Source of the DNA: Patescibacteria group bacterium
GTDB lineage: Bacteria > Patescibacteriota > Gracilibacteria > BD1-5 > UBA6164
Direction: 5' to 3'
NCBI GenBank assembly: GCA_034676185.1
Contig: JAUCCN010000002.1
Location: forward strand, 5,536 to 69,535
Length of the DNA: 64,000 nucleotides
This document shows positions 1 through 10,818 of this stretch, in pieces. The notes under the pieces are model-generated. The model had not been told where the DNA came from. It saw nothing but the letters and a program-made list of their open reading frames with translations, and made no database searches. Made by a program: the position numbers and the translations under genes. Position 1 is the stretch's first letter, and every line of letters starts with the position of its first letter.

Positions 1-48
1 AGTATCACTTTGCAAAACTTTTATCATCTTTTATTTGAAAATAACTAA
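1..48 (+). CDS. 3' end of an unidentified CDS (partial; possibly the N-terminal piece of a split mutS)
   Basis: The frame is open from the window edge and reads ...SITLQNFYHLLFENN, then TAA at 46-48. It is too short to identify. Confidence 0.25.
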   Translation, partial: SITLQNFYHLLFENN

Positions 49-101
49 AAAGTAATTATATTTTGATTATATGATAAATTTTAAATTTTCAACTCAAAAA
101 T

Positions 102-1481
102 ATGCAAAGCTTACAAGAAATTATTTCACTCATTGAGAGAGCAGTAAAACCTGATGCAAATAATTTGTTGACAGCAGGAGGAATTATTTCAGATAATTTT
201 GACTCAGAAATAGATCATTTAAGAAATTTAGTAAATAATTCAAATCAGTGGTTAAATGAATATACAAAAAATTTAGTTGATCAAACCAGTATTACCACTC
301 TCAAAATTAAATATACTTCTGCTTCAGGATATTTTATAGAAGTTCCACTTTCTCAAAAAGCAAAAATTCCAGAAAATTTTATTCATAAAACTACTTTAGT
401 AAATGCCCTTCGTTTTACTACTCCAGAATTAAGAGAATTTGAAGGAAAAATTATGAATGCTGAAAGTCTTTTGTATGAAAGAGAATATGAGATCTTTAAA
501 AATATTTCTTCTCAAATATTAGAAAAATTTTCTCAAATGAAAGAATATTCTCATAAAATTGCTCAAATTGATTATGTTTCAAACTTATCATATATTGCAT
601 ATGAAAATGATTATGTAAAACCAGAAATTTCTTCTTGATATGATTTAGAAATTCTATGAGCAAGACATCCAATTGTAGAAAAAATAGAAAAGAATTTTAT
701 TTCAAATGATTTATTTTTATCTCAAAAAAAATTTGTAAATATCATCACTTGACCAAATATGTGATGAAAATCTACCTATTTAAGACAAAATGCACTTATT
801 ATTTTAATGAGTCATTTATGAAGTTTTGTGCCAGCAAAAAGTGCAAAAATACCGCTTACCGATAAAATCTTTTCAAGAGTTTGAGCTTCGGATAATCTAT
901 TTTTGTGAGCATCAACATTTATGGTTGAAATGCAAGAGGTAGCAAATATTTTAAACAATTCTACAAAAAATAGTTTTGTTATTATTGATGAAGTTGGAAG
1001 AGGGACTTCAACCTATGATGGTATGAGTCTTGCATGGGCTATTTTAAAAGAAAATCATGATACTATAAAAGCAAAAACTCTCTTTGCTACTCATTATCAT
1101 GAATTAGTTGATGAGTCAAAAAAATTATCTTGAGTTTCAAATTTTTCAGTTGCGGTAAGTGAAAATGAAGAAAATATAGTATTTTTAAGAAAAATTATTC
1201 CTGGAAGTATAAAAAAAAGCTATGGAATTGAAGTTGCAAAACTTGCTTGACTTCCAAGTTCTGTTATTGAAGAAGCGAATAATTTTTTAGCAAATTTTAC
1301 AAAAGAACATACTTTTTCTCAAATGAGTTTATGAAATTTTTGAACTGAAATAAAAGAAAAAATTGTGTACAAAGAGAAAGAAAGTGAAATAGAAAAAGAA
1401 TTAAAAAAAATTGATGTGAATAATTTGACTCCAATTCAAGCATTAAATATATTGGGGGAATTAAAAGGAAAAATGAAATAA
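102..1481 (+). CDS. mutS: DNA mismatch repair protein MutS, C-terminal part only (lever/clamp + ATPase + HTH, 459 aa)
   Basis: With TGA=Gly the track ORFs 102-638 and 921-1133 join. Motifs include LGARHPIVE and Walker A ITGPNMGGKSTYLRQ (Gly codons at 750, 762 and 765 are TGA), plus [21 protein letters not shown] and FATHYHEL. The ATG aligns to about residue 380 of E. coli MutS. An in-frame TAA lies at 75-77 upstream. Confidence 0.85.
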
Positions 1482-1482
1482 A

Positions 1483-1527
1483 AATAAACCAAGCTTTAGT
1501 AAAAATAAGGCATGGTTTATTTTTTTT
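1483..1527 (+). terminator. possible intrinsic terminator after mutS
   Basis: ATAAACCA...TGGTTTAT stem with a large loop, followed by a T8 run. Confidence 0.35.
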
Positions 1528-1553
1528 GACAAAATTTTAAAATATGGTAATAT
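1526..1553 (+). promoter_or_regulatory. sigma70-like promoter of pilin gene 1
   Basis: TTGACA (1526-1531), a 16-nt spacer, then an extended -10 TGgTAATAT. The same architecture lies upstream of the other two pilin genes. Confidence 0.45.
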
Positions 1554-1586
1554 CTACATACTTTATTATTTAATTTTAGGTAAAAA

Positions 1587-4154
1587 ATGGATGACACAAA
1601 TACAAATCATTATAAAAGAAATAAAAAGTTATGAACAAATAAGGCTTTTACTTTAGTAGAGCTGATTATTGTTATTACTATTTTAGCTATTTTAGCAACA
1701 ATAGCTTTTATGAGTTTTCAAGGATATAACAAAAATGCAAGAGACTGAAATAGGGCAACAAGTTTAAAAACTATAGAGACAGGATTAGATTTATATAGCA
1801 TTCAAACTTGAGTGTATCCAGAACCAGAATGAACTATTTCAACTGGGAGTATTAATACCATTGATGGGGAGCAAATATTAGTAAAAAAATGAGTTATCTG
1901 AGATAATACTTCAAGAGTGGTAAGACTTAATACAACTCCAAAAGATCCATTATCACTGACAAATTATGTATATGCGACGACAAATGATAATAGAGAGTAC
2001 CAAATAGGAACTGTCTTGGAAACGTGAGTATCATATTTTCCTTTGATTAAAAATACTTATGCTGATAATTGATATCAAGCAAAAGTTCTGGGGAATTATA
2101 AATGATATATTACTTTTAATAGTTGAGGATTGATTTATATTACAAATATTCCAAGTTTGTTGTGGAGTTGAGATATTTCAGTAAACTTACTAGGAAGTGA
2201 GCCAAAATATATAATAAATAATGGGAAAAATCTTCCATATCATCCAAGTAAATGATATATATCATCAGATGAATTAGGAACTGAAAATCCAATTCAAGTA
2301 ATACAAGAAAAAACTCAAAACACAAATGCAACTCTTATAAGTATTTCAAAAACTGAGTTAGAACAAATCGTCAAAGAATTAAATCAAGATGAAAATTATG
2401 AGCTTCCTCAAGACCTAAAAAATAGTTTAAATGTCGATTCTGCACAAGATATCATCAAAAGTTTTTGAGTAAATAATACACAAGATTTTGAGAGAGTTAT
2501 ATTAGGAAACAAAAATACGACTTCTGGAAAAGTTATTCCAAAAACTCCATGAATATGTTGAGAAGCAGCAACTGCATATGCACATAATATGACAAATTTT
2601 ACAGGATGAGTAAATAATTTTTGTGAGGTAGGAGTTTTAGAAGGAAGTGAACCAATTTTTCCTACTCAATGAAATAATGTTTCATGGATATGTGTTTCTC
2701 CAGATTGAGGAGAAAGTGCTGAATGTAGCGCAAGTAGAGCAAATCCAGATGAAGAAGTAAAAGCATGTAGCGGAAAACCACTCAATTCAAAATATTTTAA
2801 TGGAACAGATGATTATTCAGTTACTGTGCCATTTTGAACTCAAGCTCCAGCTGTGACATATTCAGTAACGCCTACAGAAAATAGTTGTGAATATAGTTGT
2901 ATAAATGGCTATAGTATGAATGCATGAAGATGTAATGATTTGACACCACCAACTTGATGAAGTTTTAACATAAATGAATGAGCTACTAATACAAATGTAA
3001 CAGATATTACTCTGAATATTACTTGTGCTATTGATCAAATTGATGGAAGTGATATTCAGGTAGCTTTTGGAAATACTGCTACTCCAACAAATTGGCAAAA
3101 TTGTACTGGTTCTAAAAGTTTAGTTCATACGATTACTACTTGAGATGGAGTAAAAACAGTATATGTCAGATTTAGAGATAGTGCAGGAAATATGACTACT
3201 GCAATAAGTCAAACTATTACTTATGAAGGAGCATTGTATTATTTTACTACCCATACATTTACAAATTGTTGAATGACAGGAAGGACTTGACCAACTCTTG
3301 CAGCTTGTAGATCATCATATGCAACTAGTTGGGTTGGGAATGATAACTTTTTCAAAGAAGCTCATGCGCAATGAATTCAACTTTGGACAGTTCCGAAAAC
3401 AGGATGGTATAGTATAGATACTTATTGAGCTCAAGGAGGAACATTTCATTTTACTTGATGAAGATGAGTAAGAATGAAATGAGATTTTTATTTAGTAAAA
3501 TGAGAAAAATTAAAAATACTTGTTTGACAAAATGGAGGAAATAGTGGAGATCCTCATTGAAATGAAACTTGATGATGAGGTGGAACATTTGTTACAAATG
3601 CTTCAAACACAGCTCTAATTGTTGCTGGGGGGTGAGGGGGGGCTCCATCTAATACTTATGGAGTTAGTTGTTCTAGAGATATTTCTTCACAATGAGATGC
3701 AACTACGAGTACCTCAGGTAGAACTATTACTTGTAATACTACAGCATCTGGTTGAGCGAGTGGAAACTGATGAGTATCAAATTGATCCCACCAATGATGA
3801 GCTTGATGAGGACTGACTGGAAATTGACAGAACTGAATCGCTCATTGCTCACAACCTCAATGATGAGCAAGTTTTACGAATTGATGAGTTGGAGGACTTT
3901 GAAATTCTTGTTATGTTACTGCTAACTTTTGATGATTTTGATGATGATGATGAGGTGGATTATGATGACCATGAGCTTGATGAGGGTATTCTTGATGAGG
4001 AGTAGCATGATCATGGAGTTCATATTCAACTTATGGTGGTTGAGGAGGATCTTTTAGGGCTGCTACTTATAATTGAAATTCAGTTACGAACCCTCTCGCA
4101 ACTGAGTGAGCAAGATCTGGACACTGACAAGTTATTATTACAGCACTGAATTAA
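1587..4154 (+). CDS. Type IV pilin-like protein (prepilin N-terminus) with Cys-rich modules and a C-terminal ALK/LTK-like glycine-rich domain, 855 aa
   Basis: N-terminus MDDTNTNHYKRNKKLGTNKA/FTLVELIIVITILAILATIAF is a class III signal. The frame was checked codon by codon over long stretches and has many in-frame TGA but no TAA/TAG. The C-terminus reads FTNCGMTGRTGPTLAAC...GIQLWTVPKTGWYSIDTYGAQGG...LKILVGQNGG...LIVAGGGGG...FGGFGGGGGGG...GHGQVIITALN. The stop is TAA at 4152. Confidence 0.85.
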
Positions 4155-4155
4155 T

Positions 4156-4191
4156 AAAAAAGAACATATTTTTAAAATATGTTCTTTTTTT
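4156..4191 (+). terminator. rho-independent terminator
   Basis: AGAACATATT / AATATGTTCT hairpin (4161-4185), extended by A/T runs and followed by T6. Confidence 0.65.
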
Positions 4192-4318
4192 ATTGTAAAT
4201 ATTTCTTCTCCAAAGTAAGATTTAGGTAAGCAATAACAAAATATTTTTTGTTATTTTATAAAAATTTATATAATACAGCCGAATTAATAGATATTTTAGT
4301 ATACATAAACTAAAAAAT

Positions 4319-5407
4319 ATGAAAAAAATAATTATTCTTCACGATACTTTTTTATATAAATGATGAGGAGAAAGGCTCATTATGATGATGGCAAAAGCTC
4401 TTAAAGCTGATATTGCTTCTTGATTTTTTTCTGCTGGAAGTTTTGATTTGAGGAAAGAAGGATTTGAGGGAAAAATGATTCCACTTTCAAGCGAAATTTT
4501 TAAAAAATGATTTCGTCACCTTAAATTAAAGTTTGCGTTTTTAGTAAAAACATGATTTTTAAAAGAATATGACACTATCATTTTTTCAGGAGACAGTATT
4601 AGTGCAGTAAGAAATTGTACAAAAAATCAGAAAAAAATCTATTATTGTCATACTCCACCAAGATATTTATATGATTTGTATGAATTATATTTACAAAAAG
4701 TACCAAAATATTTACAAGGAAGTTTTAAATTGGCTTGTAAAATATTTAGAAAAATGTATGAAAGAGATATTTCTAAAATGGATTTAGTACTTACCAATTC
4801 AAAAAATACTCAAGAAAGAATTAAAAAATTTTTGTGAATCGAAGCTCAAATTCTCTATCCACCAGTAAATTTATGAGAATTTAGATTTCTATGACAAAAA
4901 GATTATTATCTCTCATTTGCAAGACTTTCAGATGCAAAAAGAGTTGATAAAATTGTGGAAGCATTTAAACAAATGCCAGAAAAAAAACTCGTGATTATTT
5001 ATGGAGAAAATGATCCACAAAAAGAAAAAATCTTTGATTTAGCAGCGTGAAGTGAAAATATAGAATTTGTAACTTTACCAGGGAATGAAGGATTTACTGA
5101 CTATGTTGGAAATGCAATTGCAACGCTTTATATTCCAGTTGATGAAGATTTTGGAATGAGTCCAGTTGAAAGTATGGCAGCTTGAAAACCAGTAATTTGA
5201 GTGAGTGATGGAGGATTAAAAGAAACTATTATTGATGGGAAAACGGGGATACTTATAGAAAAAGAAGCAAAAGTAGAAGATATTATTTCAGCAGTTCAAG
5301 AACTCACTCCTGAAAAATGTATTGAAATGAGATATGACTCTGAATACAGAGCTCGTGATTTTTCGCTTGATAGTTTTGAAGAAAAATTAAAATGATTCGT
5401 ACAATAA
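4319..5407 (+). CDS. Glycosyltransferase family 4 (GT-B, GT1/GT4-type), 362 aa
   Basis: With TGA=Gly: N-terminal MKKIIILHDTFLYKGGGERL and C-terminal [37 protein letters not shown] (an E-x7-E-like GT4 signature). The stop is TAA at 5405. Confidence 0.75.
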
Positions 5408-5438
5408 AAAAAATGCTGAATATTCAGCATTTTTTTTA
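5405..5438. terminator. bidirectional hairpin terminator between convergent GT4 gene and htpG
   Basis: AATGCTGAATA/TATTCAGCATT palindrome flanked by A8 and T8. It overlaps the htpG stop codon. Confidence 0.6.
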
Positions 5439-7334
5439 TTTAATAAATTTATTTACTCTATTTATAAATCATCTATAATCTTCTAATTCTCATCATTCTA
5501 ACAAAATAGCTTGTTCGTACACATATTGAATCATATCTTTTAATTTCTCTGATTTAAGATCTTTTTTAAACTCATCAAACATAGAGATAACCAGAGGACT
5601 TTCAGGATTGAGTTCAAGAATTCTTTTTTGAGTTGGAATTGCTTGTCCCATTGCTTTCATCATTTTTTCCATTTGTGGAGTAAGTCATCACTGCTTTGTT
5701 GTAAGAGCTCAAACATTTTCTCCCAGTCTTGATGTTGCTTGAACTTTTTCAAGTTTTTCACTTCAAATAGTATTTTTTATCAGTTCAAATAAATCTTTAA
5801 ATTCTTTTGTTTTTTCTTCAAAATCTTTTTTTTCTTCTTCATTTTGTAATTCAAGGTTTGAAGAGGTAATAGAAGTGATTTTATTTCCATCATATTCGTT
5901 TAAGACTCCAACAATCCATTCATCAATGGTATCAACTAAAAGTAAAACATCAATATTTTTATTTTTAAATTGGTCAATATATGGATTTGCTTTTGCTTCA
6001 GCGAGGTTTTTTGCTGTGATATAATAAATAGTTTTTATTTCTTTTTTTTCTTCGCCTTCACCTTCAGTTTTTTCAATTTTTGCTTTTTGAAGATATTCAT
6101 CAAGAGTGATTTCTTTATTTTCTAAAAGAGAATGAAATTTTACAATCCCAGCAATATCTTCTTTTAAATCTTGTTCATAATAAATTCATTCTTTTAAAAT
6201 TTTTCCGTAATTTTGTAGAAAAGTATTATAATTTTCACCATTTTCTTTGAGTTCAAATTTTAATTTTTCTACGATTTTTTTTGTCAGTCATTTTTTTATT
6301 TTTTCAAGATTGGTATTTGATTGTAACATTTCTCTTGAAATATTGAGTGGAAGGTCAGAAGTTTGAACGACTCCTGAAACAAACCTTAACCACACTGGTA
6401 ATAAATCACGAGCTTTTTCTAAAATCAATACATTTTGTACAAATAATTTTGGCCCATATTCTTTACTTGGGTCATCATTTCCACCAAACATATTTTTTTC
6501 TTGAGGAATAAAAAGAATTGATTTATAACTTATCATTCATTCTGTATTGAGATGAATGTGAGTGAGTGGTTTTTTGAAATCATAACTGAGGGAAGAATAA
6601 AATTCGTTGTATTCTTCATCTTTAATTTCAGATTTATTTTTATTCCAAATTGCTTTGGTTTCGTTTACTTGTTCCCATTTTTTTTCACTATCTTTATTGG
6701 TTTCATTTTCAACTTCTTTCATCATAATTGGCACTCAGACATAATTTGAATGTTTTTTTATCAGTTCTCTGAGTTTCCAATTCTGAGCATATTCATTTTC
6801 TTCTTTTTTGAGGAAAATTTTTATAATCGTTCCTCTTGATGTTTTATTTCATTCACTTAAATCGTATTTTCATTTTCCCTGCGAACTCCAAATAATTGAA
6901 GTTTCAGATTCGTTTGATTTTGTTTCTAGTTCAACTTTTTCTGCAACCATAAAAACAGAATAAAATCCAACTCAAAATTGTCCAATGAGATTATTTTGTT
7001 CTTTTGATTCTTTTAATTTTTCTAGGAAATCTTTGGTTCCAGATTTTGCAATCGTTCAGATATTTTTCATAACTTCTTCACGAGTCATTCAAATTCCATT
7101 ATCTTCAAGGGTAATAATTCCATTTTTTGAATCAGAGTCAATTTTTATTTCAAAATTTGAATTTTCTCATAAATAATTACTGTCAGTTAATGACTTAATT
7201 CTTGCTTTATCTATCGCATCAGAAGCATTTGAAATAAGTTCTCTTAAAAATATTTCTTTATTTGAATAAATACTATGAGTTAAGAGTTCTAAAAGTCTTT
7301 CTGTTTCCGCTTCAAATGAATATTGGTTACTCAT
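5436..7334 (-). CDS. htpG: Molecular chaperone HtpG (Hsp90), 632 aa
   Basis: [65 protein letters not shown] and [11 protein letters not shown]. The C-terminus reads ...[23 protein letters not shown]. Several conserved Gly residues are encoded by TGA. Confidence 0.95.
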
Positions 7335-7356
7335 ATTGTATTCTTTAAAAAATAAA

Positions 7357-7383
7357 TTAGCACATAAATATTGTAAGTGCTAT
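7357..7383 (-). promoter_or_regulatory. CIRCE-like inverted repeat (candidate HrcA operator) in the htpG leader
   Basis: TTAGCACAT-N9-AAGTGCTAT compared with the CIRCE consensus TTAGCACTC-N9-GAGTGCTAA (7/9 matches per arm, exact 9-nt spacer). It overlaps the putative -10. Confidence 0.5.
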
Positions 7384-7409
7384 TTTATTGAATTTTTTTT
7401 AAAAGTCAA
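7382..7409 (-). promoter_or_regulatory. sigma70-like promoter of htpG
   Basis: On the minus strand: TTGACT, a 16-nt spacer, then TAAAAT, about 50 nt upstream of the ATG. Confidence 0.4.
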
Positions 7410-7444
7410 GAAAGAGTTTTATTTATAATTTTTAGTTCGAAAAC

Positions 7445-7472
7445 TTGCAAAAAATATGAAATATGCTAAAAT
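7445..7472 (+). promoter_or_regulatory. sigma70-like promoter of pilin gene 2
   Basis: TTGCAA, a 16-nt spacer, then an extended -10 TGcTAAAAT. Confidence 0.45.
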
Positions 7473-7504
7473 TCGGAGGTACTTATTTTATAACTTTTTG
7501 AGTA

Positions 7505-9670
7505 ATGAAAATACTAAAAATAAAACCAGAAAATGTTTTAAAACATTTTCAAGGTAAAACCAAAGGTTTTACCTTAGTAGAGTTAATCATAGTAATAACT
7601 ATATTATCAATTCTTTCAGTAATAGCTTTTGTAAGTTTTAAAGACTATTCAAAAAGCTCAAGAGATGCAAATAAACTTTCAACCTTTAAAAATATAGAAA
7701 AGGGATTAGATTTGTTTGCTCTTAAAACTGGAAGTTATCCAGAACCAGAATGAGAAGTAACAGAGCTTCTTTGAAGTGGAAATATACTCCTTTTGAAAAA
7801 ATGAATTCTTTGAGAAACTATTTCACAGCAAATTCAAGCAAATAAAACATCAAAAGACCCACTTACCAATGATTATTATACTTATGCAATAACAGAAAAT
7901 AAACAAGAATTTCAGCTTTCAACATTTCTAGAAGATGACTTAGTATGATATACAAACTTACTCTTTTCAAAAATATATGCTAATAATAATTATAAAGCCT
8001 ATGTAATATGAAATTATAAACCAAAGATTTTTGAAGCAAATGGAGTGAGTTATTTTCTACCAAGTTTAATATTTAATTATAGTGGAAGTATAGTAGAGAA
8101 TAAACTAGAAATAAATCAAACAAATGCAGAAAATATATATTATGTAGTCAATAAAGAAAATAATCTGCCATATTGAGGAAATGGAAATACTCAAGTGAAT
8201 AATATAAAAACAAAAGATTTAAGTTATATAAAAGAATTAGAAAACAAATTACTAGAATGAAATGAAAATTTAATACAAGATTTAATAGCTTGAAAAATAA
8301 CAAGTGAAATTACTCCTGACCAAAAAGAAATGATTAAAAATATTATTTCATCTTCAAGTCAAAGTGCAAATAATATAGTATTTCAAAAATGTGAAGCTCA
8401 GGAAATAGATGATTATACTATTTGAGAAACACATCATGGAAATAATTATAATGCTGAAAAACAAATAAATATTACAAATGGAATTCAAGTGTACAAACAA
8501 ATATTTACTTGTAATGATGGAAGTTTTGAAAAAAGTGGAGATGAAATATTTTTATCGCCAAGTTGTGATGAAAACTATGTAGCAAATGGAAATAGTTGTG
8601 AGCTTGATACTTGTAGTTGAGAAAGACCAGATAATAGTGAACTGAACGGAACTCAAGGAACAGCTAGTTGGGCTTGGAGTCAAGAAGAAGCTTGAGTTTG
8701 TAAGTATAAATGTAGCGATTGATTTACTCATCAAAGTTGAGCTTGTAATGATATTACGGCTCCAACTTGATGAAGTTTTACTATAAATTGATGAGCTACT
8801 ACAACCAACTCTACGAGTGTAACTTTAAATATTACTTGTCCAAGTGATGTTTCAAATCCTATACAAGTTGCTTATGGAAATACTTCAAATCCTACAAATT
8901 GGACAACTTGTAATTCTTGAAATATTTCTCATACCTTAACAACTTGAGATGGAAATAAAACTGTTTATGTGAGATTTAGAGATAGTGCTAGTATCCAAAA
9001 TATGACAGGGGATATAAATAGAGAAATTATTTTAAATACATATTATAAATCCTGTTTAGAATTAAAAAATGCTTGAAATAATACGAGTTGAAAATATACA
9101 ATAGCTCCAACATGAAGTCCAATTGATGTATATTGTGAAATGACTACAAGTTGAGGTGGATGGACTTTAATTTGATGAACAAATACAAGTTGATGAAATA
9201 ATGGAGAATGACAAACATATATTGCATTTACAAACTTTTCTAATTATCAACAAAATTGAAAATTATCAAATGCACATATTTCCGATATTTTATCAACAAA
9301 TTCATGACAAAAGTGGATATGGGTACCACAAGAGGCTGTACGGTCGAATACCAATGCATATTGAAAAATTTCAAGTTTTAACTGGGAATCATGAGCGGTA
9401 TTTAATGATTTTAGAATGTATAGTTCTCCCAATTGAACAAATAGCTCTTCACATTGTTGGCATAATAACTCATATTGATTTAGATCATCTTCTCGGTCAT
9501 GAGCTAGTTGTACTGAAACAACGGTAACTCAATGACAATGTAGTTGATGATATGGAAGCACTAATAGGGTATCCTATTGTTGAACTGTTCCTTCTGGAAC
9601 TGCATGACGGTGATGTAGTGATTGTGCTCCTTGAGCATGATCAAGAGCTACATATATTTTAGTTAAATAA
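7505..9670 (+). CDS. Type IV pilin-like protein with shared Cys-rich/Ig-like module and C-terminal fibrinogen-like (YCxxxxxGGGW) domain, 721 aa
   Basis: MKILKIKPENVLKHFQGKTKG/FTLVELIIVITILSILSVIAF. The middle module CNDITAPTGGSFTINGGATTTN...VYVRFRDSA is paralogous to 2931-3195. The C-terminus reads CLELKNAGNNTSGKYTIAPTGSPIDVYCEMTTSGGGWTLIGG. The frame was checked, and the stop is TAA at 9668. Confidence 0.85.
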
Positions 9671-9768
9671 ATAAAATATATAAAATTTTAAATTCCTTGA
9701 CATATTTAAAAAATATGATTAACTTTTCAAGTATTTTAAAAATACAAATATTTTCTAATTTTTAGACT

Positions 9769-10701
9769 ATGAAAAAAATAAATAAGCCTCTTGTTTGAAT
9801 GCTTGCTTTAGCATTTTTAGCATCTCCAGCATTTGTATTTGCTTGAGATGAATCAGAACATGTAAAGACTGAAAAACAACATTTTGAATCCTATTATGAT
9901 CAATTTAAAAAAGAATTTTATCATGATCTTTCAAAATGAAATTTTAGCGGAATTGATAAAAAAATTGCATGATATGAATGAGATATAAAATATTTATCTG
10001 AAAATTCAGAGAGTGAGCATGCGAAACATCTTCCAGTATATAAAGAAAAGCTACAAGCATTAAAAGATGTAAAAGCGAATTTTTTATCTGGAAGTACTAC
10101 TACTTCTCAAATCTCTGAGGAAAATGATACGAGTTATGTTGATAATTTTATAAAAAATTTTTCTACTTATGAAAATCCCTATTCTGTAATTGATACTGAT
10201 TATAAAAATGGTAAGATAAATAAAGTGACATGGCAAAAAGCTTGGAATTATATTCAAGAGCCAAGCAAAAGTGATGTAAAAGATTCTTGAGATAAAAAAA
10301 TTGAGGATATAAAAAAAGATTTTGATAACAAAAAAGAAGATTTGAAAAAATACATGGAAGAAAAAAATACACAAGTAAAAAAAGAATTTGATGATAAAAA
10401 AGGGGATATGAAGAAAAAAGTTGAAGATGTGGTACTTACAACACAATCTCTGGTAAAAAAATATAAGTGAGAGTTTGAAAAAACGCTTGGAGTTAAAATA
10501 GCAAATTTATCAGAAGAGAGAACTACAAAAGTAATACAAAATGTAGAAAAAGCAAGAGAAAAATATAAAGCACTTACTACTATTACAGAAGAACAAAAAA
10601 CAAAATATTTAGCTCAACTGGATGCTTTAAAATTACTTCTTCAAGCAAGGCTAAATGAATTACAAGATATGATTGATATAGAAGCACTTTTTGCTGAATA
10701 G
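9769..10701 (+). CDS. Hypothetical secreted coiled-coil protein, 310 aa
   Basis: Signal peptide MKKINKPLVGMLALAFLASPAFVFA, followed by a Lys/Glu-rich helical sequence. The stop is TAG at 10699. Confidence 0.6.
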
Positions 10702-10703
10702 AT

Positions 10704-10736
10704 AAAAAAAATGAGAATATATATTCTCATTTTTTC
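10704..10736 (+). terminator. rho-independent terminator
   Basis: AAAAAATGAGAATAT/ATATTCTCATTTTTT perfect hairpin with a T-run. Confidence 0.65.
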
Positions 10737-10818
10737 TTTTCTTACATCATCTTTGCAAAAAATATATTGAAAAAAACAAATTTTTTCTATAATAGAGATA
10801 TTATATGATAAAGGGATT

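Noticed and set aside
3619-3816. Track ORF (MLLGGEGGLHL...) inside pilin 1.
   Set aside because: It is off-frame relative to the verified 1587-4154 reading frame. It is an artefact of the TGA-rich Gly tract.
6552-7176. Plus-strand ORFs 6552-6749 and 6985-7176.
   Set aside because: They are antisense to htpG.
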